A DNA stretch of 62,983 bases, the filler included, from Rhabdomonas costata (lineage: Eukaryota), in NCBI GenBank assembly GCA_019059605.1. It is 29 parts of 29 records of this genome, joined end to end, with 100 filler letters (N's around TTAATTAATTAA, not from the genome) between each part and the next. Parts side by side here need not be neighbours in the genome. Positions count along the whole stretch, not along the records: positions 47,865 to 49,939 come from JAHMHO010005853.1; positions 50,040 to 52,113 come from JAHMHO010005854.1; positions 52,214 to 54,288 come from JAHMHO010005855.1; positions 54,389 to 56,463 come from JAHMHO010005856.1; positions 56,564 to 58,637 come from JAHMHO010005857.1; positions 58,738 to 60,809 come from JAHMHO010005858.1; positions 60,910 to 62,983 come from JAHMHO010005859.1; 22 more parts are not named here. The stretch is one strand, 5' to 3'. Shown piece after piece: positions 48,627 through 61,692 of the stretch. The notes beneath the pieces were generated by a model, which had not been told where the DNA came from, searched no databases, and worked only from the letters and a program-made list of their open reading frames with translations. Each line of letters starts with the position of its first letter. The first letter of the stretch is position 1. The translations under genes were made by a program, and so were the position numbers.

Positions 48627-50263
48627 CTGCACATCACATATCCGGCACCCAAAAAAAGGGGAACCAAACTGACCACTGTTTGCAAGCACCTCCGTGGTTG
48701 CAACTGAACGATGGACCAATGGGTGACATAGGCATTCAAAGAGAATTTGTTACGATTTGTAATTTCTAACGCAGCCGAAGTAGTGCATCCAGGAAATAGA
48801 GCTCCAGGAAAACTGGGAAAACAAAAGCCAGCTGTTAGGGGCGGAGCTGTTGGAGCGGAAGTGGGAGAGGGGGATCAGGAACCCGGCTATGCACCCAGCC
48901 CGCCACAAAGCGGTTCTTATACTTCAGGTCCACGTTCACGAGATCGGTCAGATTGGTGTACTCTGAGGAGTTCACGGACAGAAATGGTGATGTGCCCGCA
49001 TCGGAGGACCAGACGCCTGCGAGTGGGGAGAGGTGCAGCCCCCAAAGAAGTGGCTCTGATCACCGCAACGGCTCCTCCGCCGCGCCGCGATGCCCTTCCC
49101 TCTTGGCCCGCAAGCCGTCCGAATAACTGTTCTCTAACTCTCACTCTGTGTATGTTGGGGTTTGCCCTGCTCTCTCCCTATAAGCCATCTATTGGTGGTA
49201 TTAGCCACCTATTAGTGGTAATGTGGTACTGTGGCCAGCGGTTATTCTGCGTGCGACTCGCTCGGGCAACGCATCCCTTCTTTTTTTTTGGCGCCAGCCC
49301 GGTGTGGTACCTCTGGCGTAAAATCCGAGTAGCCAACCGCACGCCGCATCTTCCAGGCTCTTCACGTGCCTCGAGTTTCCCCATCGCCCTCATTTCTTTC
49401 ATGCACAATGCACATGCCACCTCGCTGAGCACGTAGTGCACCGGCTGGTGCGCGGCTGCTGTCTCAGACTCCCAGGTGTCGGGCGGAACTTGCTAAAACC
49501 TCAGAGAAGGGAAACGGAAGAGGTGGGGAGAGTGGCGTCATACTTCGGCTCTCTTTTGATCGACAAGGCGGGTAAGCCCCTTCTAAAACTCGCTCACTTC
49601 CCTCCTCTTGCGCTAAGCTGGCGCCGTCCGCTGCAGGAACTGGGTTGTAGGCGGGGGCTGCGGCCAAGCCCTTGATGGGCATCCTGCGGCTAACCTCCCG
49701 AACGTCAAGGACGCCGGCACCAGATAAAAACTGACAAGTATCTAAACGTTGCCACAGCAAAAAAAGGAATAACTGACAAAAAGCAGCAGGATGGGGGGGG
49801 AGGGGACGGGAAAGTGAGGAGCAGAAACCCAAACGAGCGTGTGCATACGTCATTCCGAATACAAGCACGACACAGCATGCAAAATCCTGACTCGAAACTG
49901 GAAACTGGATGACCGTCTCTCGCGATTAAACACAAAAACNNNNNNNNNNNNNNNNNNNNNNNNNNNNNNNNNNNNNNNNNNNNTTAATTAATTAANNNNN
50001 NNNNNNNNNNNNNNNNNNNNNNNNNNNNNNNNNNNNNNNTGTGTTGGGTTTGTTTAGGTGGTTTTGTCGCACCCCCGCCCTCGGGACCACTTTTCTTTGC
50101 TTCACAGCCGCAGCGAGTAACTTTTTTTAACTGCAAAGAAAACCCGGAGGGGAGTCACCACCTCAATGATGGGCCCACATTTGTATTGCAAAGAAAGCGT
50201 TTGCTAAATCCCCAGCAGCCGAAAACGACTGCAGCCCATCCTCCAAGCGTGCTTCCGCTCCGT

Positions 50264-51804
50264 ATGAATTGGGTGGACTTTCTGGGGCTTTCGCAGGCGG
50301 TGCCCGCCTGTATAAGCTGCGTCGTGCTGGGATGCTGGGCTGCGTTCATCCTTCTCGGGGTTCTGGCGACCATCCTGGATCTGGGCCTGATTTTTCCCAC
50401 CTCGCGATTCAACGTCCGCCGTCCACTGGTGTGTTTGCGCTTGTGTCGAGCGCCTCTGCCCCACCCTTCTCCCTCATCTATTCTCCAGGACCGCAGCCAC
50501 TTGAACCGCGACTACCCGGAAGCGAGAGAAGCGAGAAAATTGCTCACAGTTAACAACTCTCAAAGGTGCTGACTCAAAAATCCTTCCCCAAAGTATGGGG
50601 AGGTCTTATGCACACAACACACATAAGCCCATCTCTCGTCAGAAAGAGTTCGCCGGATCATTGCGAAAGTGTGTTTGTTAGTGTGTGTCTGTGCACGTGC
50701 ATTTCTCACAACCAATTCAGTTTGTGGGGGGGTACGTGGGTGTGCGCAGCTTGAGAAGGGCAAGGCCACCGTGGCCGCGCTGGCCGCGCTGCGCACCATT
50801 CCGATGGGCTTCAGCACCTCCCTGGTCGCCGTGCTGGGCGCGGAGCATCTATGGGTGGGGTGCGGGTTTCCCAACCTCCGGCGCTCCGTCCTGCAGGGCT
50901 TGCTGGGGCCCTTCAGCTACACCCTTGGGGTCGCTCTTTCCCCCTTCCCCGCATCTATTGCCCCAGCACTCGTTCGCAAAATTAGCGCGTGGACACACAC
51001 TCACACATGGGCACCCCATCTCGCGGGAGTCACGGCTCCTTTGAAGCAGGCTACAGGGAACCAGCAGGCACTCCACATCCGCCAGCGTGTGCTCTAGACA
51101 CATGCAGGAAACCACGGGCTACGTTACCCAGACGCTGTCCCGCACAGATTTGACTGATCAACCACCACCACCACCACCGCAGGCACACCCGTACAACGCT
51201 ATCAACGGCGCGTTCTGCCAGCACACGTGTACTCGCAGAGAATGTCTTTTCGCTTCCTTTTCTTGAATTTCTGCTTTGTCGAGCAATGACATTCGTCACT
51301 GCTTGCATTACAGACTTCTACCTGCCACCATCCTCCGCACTCGCACCCCCTCCCCTACGCACAGGCGCTGCTATTCACGCTGTTCTGGAGTGAGCTCTGG
51401 GGGCTTTTGGTGGGTTGGTTCCTGGAGGGCCTTTACACCAGCCTGATTCTGTTTCCTATCCTCTTCGTGCTGGGCCTGCCCTTCACGCAGACCCCGCGCT
51501 GCCTGCTGTGGTGCTCCCCTTCCACCAATTTTCCTTCCTTGACTCCACACCGTCTCGTTCATTGGCTTCCACTTGTTTGATATGCGGTGTCAGCGGCCCC
51601 ATTTATGGACACGAATTCCAGAGCGGGAAATGGCTGAAGAATGTTTGATGTTGCTTTGGGTGTAATAACCTTGCACTCACTCATCTGGTGGCTTTGGGAT
51701 GCAGGCCTGATAGGGATGACTTCTCTGCCTCGGAGATACTCCCTCTTCCGCCACCGGCCACTCCAGAGGCGCCTCCCGAGCCCGAGCCCGAGCCAGAACC
51801 CAAG
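50264..51804 (+). CDS. Unknown multi-pass membrane protein, 6 exons (5' part)
   Basis: Phase-consistent exons 50264-50413, 50489-50548, 50750-50854, 50897-50929, 51365-51510 and 51705-51804, giving several hydrophobic helices and then a PE-repeat. Confidence 0.6.
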
Positions 51805-51968
51805 GTGTGTGCTTGTGTATCCACTCGCACCTCCCCTTCCCTTCCCTCTTCTCCCTTTTCCGCTCCCTCTTCTTGTGTCAGTTACCTTGTGCACCGAGAA
51901 CGCTTATACACTTTATTTTCTGTTTTCTAATGCGTTTGCTCCCCTAGGTTAGGTAGGTAGGTTTATTC

Positions 51969-52105
51969 TGCATGCTTCCCATATCACTTTTTGCTCCACT
52001 CGCATATCTGCCCGTTTTCTTTCTGCGGCGAATGTTTGCGTTGATAATATATGAGAAAACGGGCAGATATGCGAGTGGAGCAAAAAGTGATATGGGAAGC
52101 ATGCA
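51969..52105. repeat. Perfect 52-bp inverted repeat at contig end (probable fold-back)
   Basis: Arms 51969-52020 and 52054-52105 with a 33-nt loop, followed only by an A/C tail. Confidence 0.9.
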
Positions 52106-52787
52106 CAAAAAACNNNNNNNNNNNNNNNNNNNNNNNNNNNNNNNNNNNNNNNNNNNNTTAATTAATTAANNNNNNNNNNNNNNNNNNNNNNNNNNNNNNN
52201 NNNNNNNNNNNNNGTGTTGTTTTCCCAAAAGCTGGAGAACGTTGACCACAGTTATTTGGTATCATACATCTGGGCTACGTATCTGCATATGCTTGGAGGA
52301 CGGTGAATGAGGACGGGAACCACGGTTTTTCTTGACCAAGCTACCTGAGTTGGCTGCCTTTTGGAAGGCACTGAGACAATGCCGTACCACGCAGTTTTGG
52401 AAATAGGAATGTGACCTCTTCCAAAACCGAGGGAGCATCGTCCCAAGAATAAAGCGGTTGCGCAGAGTCAGGTGGCTCTATCTGATTCTGTAGAGTTCGA
52501 GCTCTGCGTTGCAAGACTCCAAAGCCACAAACCCCTGTACCCGTAGGACCCGTGAATACTTAAACACTGCGCGCAGCCTTGAGGGGGATAGAGGTTCATG
52601 CACCACGGACGGACGGACAATCAAACTACCCCGCAGGTGGCTCAGATCGAGCCCAAAGAAAATTCGGTTCGGTGAAATTGAGGTAGGTATGTTGGTGGGG
52701 TGGGGGGTAAAGGTTACCATTGGAAAAGATTTTTCAATTCGAAAATTTTAAAGGATGGCAAAACAATTGAGGGCTAAGCCGAGGCCA

Positions 52788-52935
52788 GGCCTCCCGAAAC
52801 GCTGCGTGGCCGTGGTCCTTCGGGCCAGAAGTCTCTGACCTTTCCCATTCGGCCGGTTGTGGTGCCCCTTGGCAGCTCTTTTTGTATCCCTTTTGCGCCG
52901 CTACTTGACCCAAGCAGCAGCGGAGGGTTTACGAC
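52788..52935. repeat. Interspersed repeat family C, copy 1
   Basis: GGCCTCC.GAAACGCTGCGTGGCCG...GTGCCCCTTGGC...TTGCGCCGCT...GCAGCGGAGGGTTTA is shared with 54747-54873 on a different contig. Confidence 0.8.
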
Positions 52936-53724
52936 ATCTATTTAAAATTGTATAATAAAGTGGGTAAAGGCCCCCCACGTCATGTTCCCGCTGTGGCCTC
53001 GACGCGAGCTCACCCACCCATATCCCAGCCATAAGTACTACTAATAAGTACTAATAATAAAAATACTTAGTACTAAACTAGCACCAGATTTTGACGTGCA
53101 AACCAAGAATACTAGGAGCCCTGGCACTGGTCACCTAATCCCCTTTGCGTTAAAATAGAGTTAAGAGTGATTACCTGACTTTTTGCACGTTAAAATGAGA
53201 ACCGTTTGATAAGTTTTCTGTCCCCCACCCCCCAACGTATTTTGAGAGATTTCGTGCGCTTCCCCACTTAAGCTCCTCCTGGTATGGGTGACTGGGACTG
53301 TGTATTAGTTCGTATATGTTTGTACGTGTTTGTGTGCGAAAGAAAAAGAGGCAGGAGAAAGACCACTTTACTGCGCGCGTTGTTTTTCATACTCTCGGTG
53401 TCTTGCTGAGTCTTCACCCTTGTGTATTCCGCCAGAAAACCTGCTCTGCGTTCAAACAGCGTCCAATTTGTAAGGCCACAACGTTACGATGGGGCTCCCG
53501 TGTATGTGTGTTTCAAATCAAGGACTGAAAGAAAGATGAGTCATTGGTGGAATAGGTATACCTGCAGGTCCCTTGCATGTGCCACTGCCCTTGGCAGGGT
53601 GTGTGCTTGTGTGAACACAATTCAAAATAATTTATTTGCCCCACCCACACCTCGCGATGGCGCAGTCCTCAGTTACTTCGTTTTTTCTTCGCTTTCTTTT
53701 GTCCATTACATCATCGGGTTGCCT

Positions 53725-54269
53725 GGAACACGAGCTACCGGAACACGAGCACACAATGAAGACCACCACAGCCCTGGCTCTGGCCTGCCTGCCCGAGGAA
53801 GACAAAGCCCTGCTCTCGCAGCTGTCTGCGCAGGGTCTGGCGAAGCTGAATCACGATACCCTTCGGGGAATTCCCTTACCACGGTATGCGCTGTGCAAGA
53901 TGCTCATTTTTGGTGGACGTCCTATTGTCAGATCACCGAAATGCCCATAAGTGTGCATTCGCGTGTCGTCTTGCTTTTATGATCGAAGAATCGATGGACT
54001 CGTTGCTTACTGTCATGCTGTGCTTTTGGCAGGAGAATGCTCCCTATTTGTCGTTCGGTTTCAATTTCCACACGCCTTGATTTCCCGCCTGGTCTACCAG
54101 AGCACCATCATTGCAGTCGATCAGCCCAACTTCGTGTGCAATCTTCCGTTTTGGAACTCTGCAGGTTGTTCGTATTATTTCCTGCCATTGTTGCAGGACT
54201 GTCAAGGAGCTCAGGGTTGCCCTAGAGCGCCGCCGGGCACGCCAGCGGGAGCTGCTGCAGCACTGCAAG
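53725..54269 (+). CDS. Exons of unknown helical protein
   Basis: GC-rich blocks at ~53725-53883 (KTTTALALACLPEEDKALLSQLSAQGLAKLNHDTLRGIPLP, donor GTATG) and 54197-~54269 (TVKELRVALERRRARQRELLQHCK). Confidence 0.45.
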
Positions 54270-54746
54270 GCAGGAAATAACACAAACANNNNNNNNNNNN
54301 NNNNNNNNNNNNNNNNNNNNNNNNNNNNNNNNTTAATTAATTAANNNNNNNNNNNNNNNNNNNNNNNNNNNNNNNNNNNNNNNNNNNNGTGGTGGGGGTA
54401 CAAGGCAGTATGCAGCGGATAGCAGAAACCACAGTAGGCAGAGATTAGTCATGAGTAAGGGCTGTATCTCGCAACACCGGAGAACAAAGCGGGGGAGTTC
54501 CCTCCCCAACAACTGCTGGCAATGGACAATGCAGCCATCATTCAATTGTGTGCAAAACCTGAAAGGAACGTTTGTCTGGGCGTGAGACAACAGGGCAACA
54601 TAATCAGGGAGTGACATAAAGCAAGGTGGCCGTTATACCATGTTTGAGACAGTGTACCGTCATACTTCATTCGATTTGTGTCTAATAACCAAATTCTTAA
54701 CGAGGGAAAAGGCGAAGCAGGCCCGGGGTCTTCTCTATGTACAGTG

Positions 54747-54873
54747 GGCCTCCTGAAACGCTGCGTGGCCGGTCCTTGCACCCTCTGGCCGGTACCCACC
54801 CGTGCCCCTTGGCGGCACTTCCTTTTTTATCTTGCGCCGCTTCTTTCCCTAGCGCAGCGGAGGGTTTATCGAC
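54747..54873. repeat. Interspersed repeat family C, copy 2
   Basis: Homologous to 52788-52935. Confidence 0.8.
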
Positions 54874-56570
54874 GGCACCCATAACGCATCTACAAAAACC
54901 CATCTGCATCTATCCCACAAAGGGGGCCTAGGCAAATGGCTCTACGCCGCCTGTTGTCACCGAAATCACACGGTTCATGCTGTGGTGCTTCGCATCCTTG
55001 CCACCAACCGCCCGCACTCAGACCAGAGGTTTCGAGGATTGAGGTTTTGGGGTAATGGGGTAATGGACCGTTTCCTCATTGGTAGGGACCAGCGACCCGC
55101 GCAATTCGCGGGCCAGCAGCAAATTCTTCACCAAATGTGCAACTATATCCGAAACAGAGATTCGAATTCACTTCAGAATTTATGGGAAGCGATCGATGGC
55201 AAAAGCATTCAGGACCAGTACAGGTAGACGCGTAATGAGTTGAGGTGGTGAAAAATATGTGCACAGGTTAAAAGAAAAGGGCCGAGTGAGTAATGACCAG
55301 ATTCGAAGAGGTTCCCTCGCCCTGTAAGGACAATAACGAAGCTTTGGAGCGCTCATATAAAGCGTATCTTGGTCAAAGCAACACTCACGTCAGCTTCATG
55401 TCACGGAGAAACTGAGAGGAATGCCAAACACAGAATGCTGAATTCCATGCATAGAACGCAAGTGCCCCTATGAAGAATGCCTGGGGGCGCAGTGGCTCAC
55501 GTGAAAAAAATAGGTGCCTGCCGAACAAAAAGGGAGAACTGAGTGCGAAGCTGAGCCCAGCGATGGATGATCGATCGATGAAGATAGAATGTGGGCGGTC
55601 CACCGAAAACACACATCTGCTGCCTTCTTGCGTGTGACTTTGTGAACCCCACACACAAACACATACATACGTGCCTGAAAAACCCAACAAAGTCAAGGCA
55701 CAGCAGTGAGCGGTGCCGGTTGACTGCGCTGGAGACGAAAGCAGGAACTTGAAAGCTCCAAAAACTCCACTGATCACACAACGGGATGGAAAAGGCCTGT
55801 TACCTTCAACGTAAATAAATGTGATGCTCTCTCTTTGGCATTGACACAGTATGTACAGAGGTTGGCTCACCCTTGCACGTCGTTCAGAGGTGTAGGGCCA
55901 AAATCTCCTCGTGGGGTTCCATCCAGGATCAAAATCCAATTTATTTCCCACCCAAAACTACAAAACTAAACCATACACTGAGACAATTGCATTGGTGGTG
56001 GTCAGCGTGCTACACATATAGCGGGTGGGGGCAACATTTAGCAATGCTGAACGTTTTTGCATTTTGCAGATTTTGGGAAATTTTGACTGCGGAGCTTCAC
56101 CAGAGATATGGGAGCAGGAGCGGGCGAATAGGTTGGGACATTCCATGGGGTGGCGATGCTCCATTCAGCACAGCCAAAAGTTTAGCAATGTTGAACGACC
56201 GAACTGACCACTTTTTGGGGGGCGAAAGGTATGGGGTTGGGTGCATTGTAACAACAACCTCCAAATGCGTTCGTTTCAGCAAAATGGGGATAGGGATCCT
56301 GATTTTACGCCGACATACACACTTGACTTGTGGGGTTGGGGTGGGGGGTAAAAACCTTACGATGTGCAGTGTTGCTATGCGCTTAACGCCCCCATCCCCC
56401 CGAAAAATACAAAAGGCCCCATAAGATGAACGTGTGAACAGAGCGAGCGCGGGACAAAAAGCCNNNNNNNNNNNNNNNNNNNNNNNNNNNNNNNNNNNNN
56501 NNNNNNNTTAATTAATTAANNNNNNNNNNNNNNNNNNNNNNNNNNNNNNNNNNNNNNNNNNNNGTGGTGG

Positions 56571-56710
56571 GGTGGCGACTGGACCTTAATCATCACATTG
56601 TGGTCTAGTCTGCGCAATCGCGCTTGTGTGCGGGCACATTCATGTCCGCGCACACAAGCGCGATTGCGCAGACTAGACCACAATGTGATGATTAAGGTCC
56701 AGTCGCCACC
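56571..56710. repeat. Perfect 62-bp inverted repeat at contig start (probable fold-back)
   Basis: Arms 56571-56632 and 56649-56710 with a 16-nt loop, preceded only by a G/T tail. Confidence 0.9.
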
Positions 56711-56833
56711 TCATACCCAGGCACGCTGCAACGATAGATGTGCTGGTTCGCAATCGATATGATTTTGCGATGAGGTGTATTCCAAGAGCAGGTGAAGCGG
56801 CCCAGCGCAGGAAGGCAAGCGGCGCACATTGAC

Positions 56834-58523
56834 CTTGAACGGGAAGTGGCGCACCCTCAATGTCAGGTCGCCCAGCAGTGGGGTAACCACCGCCCCCGTG
56901 GACAGCCGCCCCGCCCGCGCCACAAAACTGGCCTGGAAGGAAAACCAAAAGTATGGAGTGGGTGGAGGGCGAATTGCAACGGCTTGTCTCCATGCTTCCG
57001 CCTCAATCCACAAAAAACGGCAGATCGATCGAAGCATTCTTTTCCCAGTGACCCCTAACTCCATACGCGTATGGGGCATTTGGCGTCTACCGCGTCCAGC
57101 AAAGAACGAAGCAGCGGGAAGGGCTCCCGATGAGTGCGCGTGAGTGTTCAGCAGAAGGAGTGAAGCCTAATGTCTTTTGCTCGATGCTTCTTGATGCGGC
57201 GAGGGGGGGGGGGCAGGAGCGGGAGGCTGCTTCGGCGGTGTGATCCATTCTCCATTTCCAACTTCCCGCCACCTTAACGGCAGCAGAACCACAGAGTACA
57301 TAAATGCACACACCCCGCCATGCTGAAGTTCTCGTTGGTGGAGAGGTTGAAGCTATACGGGAAAGCCCTGGGGTGAGCCTGGTCAGAAGGAAAGCTCTTG
57401 CACAAGTCATCCCAGACCTGCACGTGGGCGTGCGGGACAAATAGAAGAGAACCCCCCCATTATTCTACACAACCTCCAAAGGAAACATCACTGCAGGACA
57501 AGAAGACAGGTTTCCAGGAGGATGTGCAGGGATTTTTTCGTATGTTTTCCAGGGTCCCACCATTCCTTTTTTAAACCCACAGTTTCCTTCGGAAACTTTC
57601 GTTTCTCGGCCCACCCGGGAGTAGACCAGAAGCAAACAAACTTTTCTGGTACTTGCACAACCCATTAAGATTGTGTACAGCTTTGTTGCCGTGGCAGTTC
57701 GAAGCTGCATGTTCAGGTAGGGAGGGAGATTGAGAGAGAGACAGAGAGAGAAGAATTGATGGGGGATGACCGTTTAGCAGAGCTAAACGTTTGACATACT
57801 CCAACCACAAACAAGAGGCTCCATTAGAGTTTCACTTCGATTAGGGAGACTGAAGCGAGCGACAAACCAGCTTCCGTTTCCCCCGCCAATGGAAGTGTCT
57901 CTATCAAAATTCGTGTTGACCAAGCCTGACGTGGGCGCCCTTGCAACACCCGCTCGTTGATCCTGACAGGATGTGCTATGGGAGGATATGGAAAAATGCC
58001 GTTATACGATGAAGGGCAAAAACAAACCAAGGGGGCCCGGCGCCGTTAGAGACCAGCGTACATGCTTCGCATGAAGTGCATCGCCACGTATGAGTGAACT
58101 CTAAGTCCCATTGAGTCTTGGTGCACACAGCAATTCCACAAGCTATTTCACCTCTATCGTGCCCGGTTACTGCTCACTTGGCGACGGCATGCATTGCACC
58201 CCAAGGGCGGAGGCCCGTATCCCGCCTTGGAACCTGCTCAAAACGAGACAAAAAGTGCAAAAGCAAGCATACTGTGTGGTGCAAGTCATCAAAGTCCATG
58301 GCCTGAATCATCTCATCTGCAGGGTCAAACTCTCGGTCCCCTCCTTTGTCCTCAAACTCCACCACCCGCTTCATCACCACAGCAATGGCTGTGGTGAACG
58401 GCCCCACGCTCTCCAGCAGGTTTCCCTGAAAAGGTTTTATCCCCCGCCACTCGAGCACCCGCACAGATAGCAAATCCACTTTGAGTCGGAGGTCAGCGAA
58501 GGCTGTTTTCACGCCTCCTCCTC
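56834..58523 (-). CDS. Unknown beta-rich protein with a VVEFED.GGD..FD motif, 4 exons
   Basis: Exons 58523-58480, 58425-58273, 57417-57319 and 56932-56834: ...MKRVVEFEDKGGDREFDPADEMIQAMDFDDLHHT-VWDDLCK...SFNLSTNENFSM-ASFVARAG...VTPLLGDLTLRVRHFPFK. Confidence 0.6.
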
Positions 58524-59796
58524 CTGGGATTCGATAAAAACTTCTTAGGGAGGCCAAGCGATGCAGGGGCACGGTTCGGCGCCAAAAAACCAACCCAAAA
58601 TCCAAGGGACGGCGTCTCATCATTTAACACCACAAAANNNNNNNNNNNNNNNNNNNNNNNNNNNNNNNNNNNNNNNNNNNNTTAATTAATTAANNNNNNN
58701 NNNNNNNNNNNNNNNNNNNNNNNNNNNNNNNNNNNNNGGGTGGTGTTTTGGTCTGACATGGTGTGGCTTTGTCCGAAATCCATTAGGGTGCGCTGGGCAG
58801 CTCTTAATTGCCCAGCAGCATCCCGTTCTGTGCCGATTTTTTTTTGCTTCAGCCTGTTCATTTTGTACCTATTGCACTTGTTCAAGCGCACGCTCACGTT
58901 TATATAGCAGTTCTTTTCCAGGCTGTATTTCTGTTTTCCAGGCTTTCTCGTGCTGCCTGTTTGCGAGCCAAAGTATGCGGATCGATGTACGCCAGCGCAA
59001 CTGCAATGCGGATCGTTCTTGTTTACTGTGTTTGTCTCGTTCGCTTTGGGTTGGAGCAGAGTTCTGGGTCGTTGGTCACCAGCCCAGAAAATGGACCACA
59101 GCGGGTTGTCTCTCAGAGCAAGTATTATTGCCGAGACGAAAGCGCCCCTGAATCTGAGGCGCAACGCTGCCGCTGCCGCGACACGTGTACCTCAGTACCG
59201 TACCTGCACCATTTTGAATATCGGGACACACAAAAGCAATAGTGGCTCTGGTTCACTGCGGGCGGCGGACCTTCCTCTGTAGGTGTAACCTGGGTTTGTT
59301 CAGTGTCATCACTTTTTGTTAACCTGTCGCACGTCATTCAATCGCTCGTAAACACACCCAATACAAACACCTACCACGATCAAACAGTTGCGTCGAGGAA
59401 ACAGCGTGGACGACAATTGGTAAGTTTCTGCGCTGATCGACTTCATCTCTTAGCTGGCGAGATGTGCTTTGTGATGGACCTGTGAAGACTTCGTAAACTC
59501 CACAGGAAGCCCAGGTTGCACCAAAATTAGCCTTCTATTCGTGAAGAAGTCATTTTCAACCTCATCTTCTCATTCGCTGGCAGCGCTTGCGAGTTCAACT
59601 ACTTCTCACTTCTCCGGGGTTCCATTCCAGACGGGGCCCACCGAACCCCCCCCCCCGGGTAAATTTTATTTGGCGAATCGGAAGGATTCCTGGAAGCTTA
59701 ATTTTTAAGCGACCTTGTGCCAAAAAACCCTGTGCCGCTCCTCTCACTACATCGCAAATTCAAAAAGATCCACGCCCGCACCCACGCCCACCACAC

Positions 59797-60219
<423 letters not shown>

Positions 60220-60947
60220 CTACCGGCGTGCACAACCAGGGAATGGGTGGAGGCACGCGCAATTTCAACCAGGCAAAGCATTGCCAGTTTAACATAAAAA
60301 TCGAGAGGTGGGAGAAACGTTTCCAAAAGCTGCCATTTGGACTTACAGAGGTTTTAGAGGGGGGGCATTTTATTTCTGTATTGTGCAAGTGCACCTTCAC
60401 ATGTGACTAATTTCTTTTGTGGACTTGCATTGATAGATTGAGTGCGGTAGTTTGCCCTTTTTTTCGAAAAGAAATGTTTTGATTTCCGAGATTTTGCGCA
60501 CAGTTTACGGGCTGCTTGTGTATGTGTAATGAGAAAAGAAAGAGAATGTGCATACGGCGTGTATTTTTCTTCGTAGTTTTTGATATTTTTTTTCTGTTTG
60601 CAAAATTCATCGCCAAATTTCACTTTGTGAAATGCGCCGTATATGGCCCGCGGCATCTTATCAAAAGTAAGAGGTAGGGGTAGACACAAAGAAAAGGCCG
60701 AAAGGAGGTAAAACACCTCAAAAAACTTGTTTTTTTCTGCTTCTATCTGAAACTGCCTGATTTAGATTGCACTTTTTCGGCTCACATTTTTTGGTTGTGA
60801 CAAAAAAAANNNNNNNNNNNNNNNNNNNNNNNNNNNNNNNNNNNNNNNNNNNNTTAATTAATTAANNNNNNNNNNNNNNNNNNNNNNNNNNNNNNNNNNN
60901 NNNNNNNNNGGGTGTGTGGGGTACTCCCCCCCTGCTGCGGACTGCAG

Positions 60948-61692
60948 CTCCACGGGTGAGGTTGTGGTGTTCAGCAGCTTTTTCGACGAGGCTGAGGAGC
61001 GGGAGATCGACTCCCAGGCTTCCCGCTTCGGGGGCGCCTGCACCAACGCGCTGCTCAGTGCCCTGAGCGTCCTGGTGAGTGACCGAATCGTTTGTGCCCT
61101 TGTGTGTGTGGGTTCAGTGAAGTAGTTATGATGCAGTTGACAAAAGGGGGAAGAGATGTTTTTAATGCAGGAGAGAAACAACGATGGAAGCGAAGTGGGG
61201 GCTGGGAGATGGAGTTCGCAGTCTGAAGTGTCAGGCTTTGATTCAGTAGGCATTCGCGGCTCTGGCTGGGAGTGAAGTGTGGTCGCTTCGCCCTCGGTAT
61301 CCCGATTTCTTCAAAGCGTCCAGTTCACATCTAATGCAATCCTTCGCGTCGGTGTGCTGTCTGCTGTGTTCGCTGGCAAGCTTTGGTGTTTTGGCCTCTT
61401 TTGGCTTCGCAAGAACGGGAACGGTGGCGAAAAGCAGCGTGAATGGGAGTCAATAAACATTTACCGTGCGGATGCAGTGCTGTTTCGCGCTCACCTTTCG
61501 TCCTCCAACGGCACATCTTTTCCCGGTTTCCCGGGGATGCTTTTGACTCAGGGCGGGGCCAACGTCACCTATTCCACGCTACTGGCAGAGATGGAGGCGG
61601 AGACTCGCGTCCGGGAGCTTCCCCACATCCCCATGCTCTCCTCCACGCACCCACTGCGAGCCTCGGCGTCGTTTACCCTGACCCCCCAAGGG
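60948..61692 (+). CDS. Metacaspase-like protein, p10 (C-terminal) region
   Basis: Exons 60948-61074 (GEVVVFSS...FGGACTNALLSAL) and 61552-61692 (GGANVTYSTLLAEM...HIPMLSSTHPLRASASFTL), matching metacaspase p10 motifs GGA.T.A, TY..LL..M and P.LSS.HP. Confidence 0.7.

Noticed and set aside
60451-60470. TTTTTTTCG as a euglenid spliced-leader 3' end
   Set aside because: Not followed by a GT donor and lacks SL context; it is a T-rich non-coding tract.
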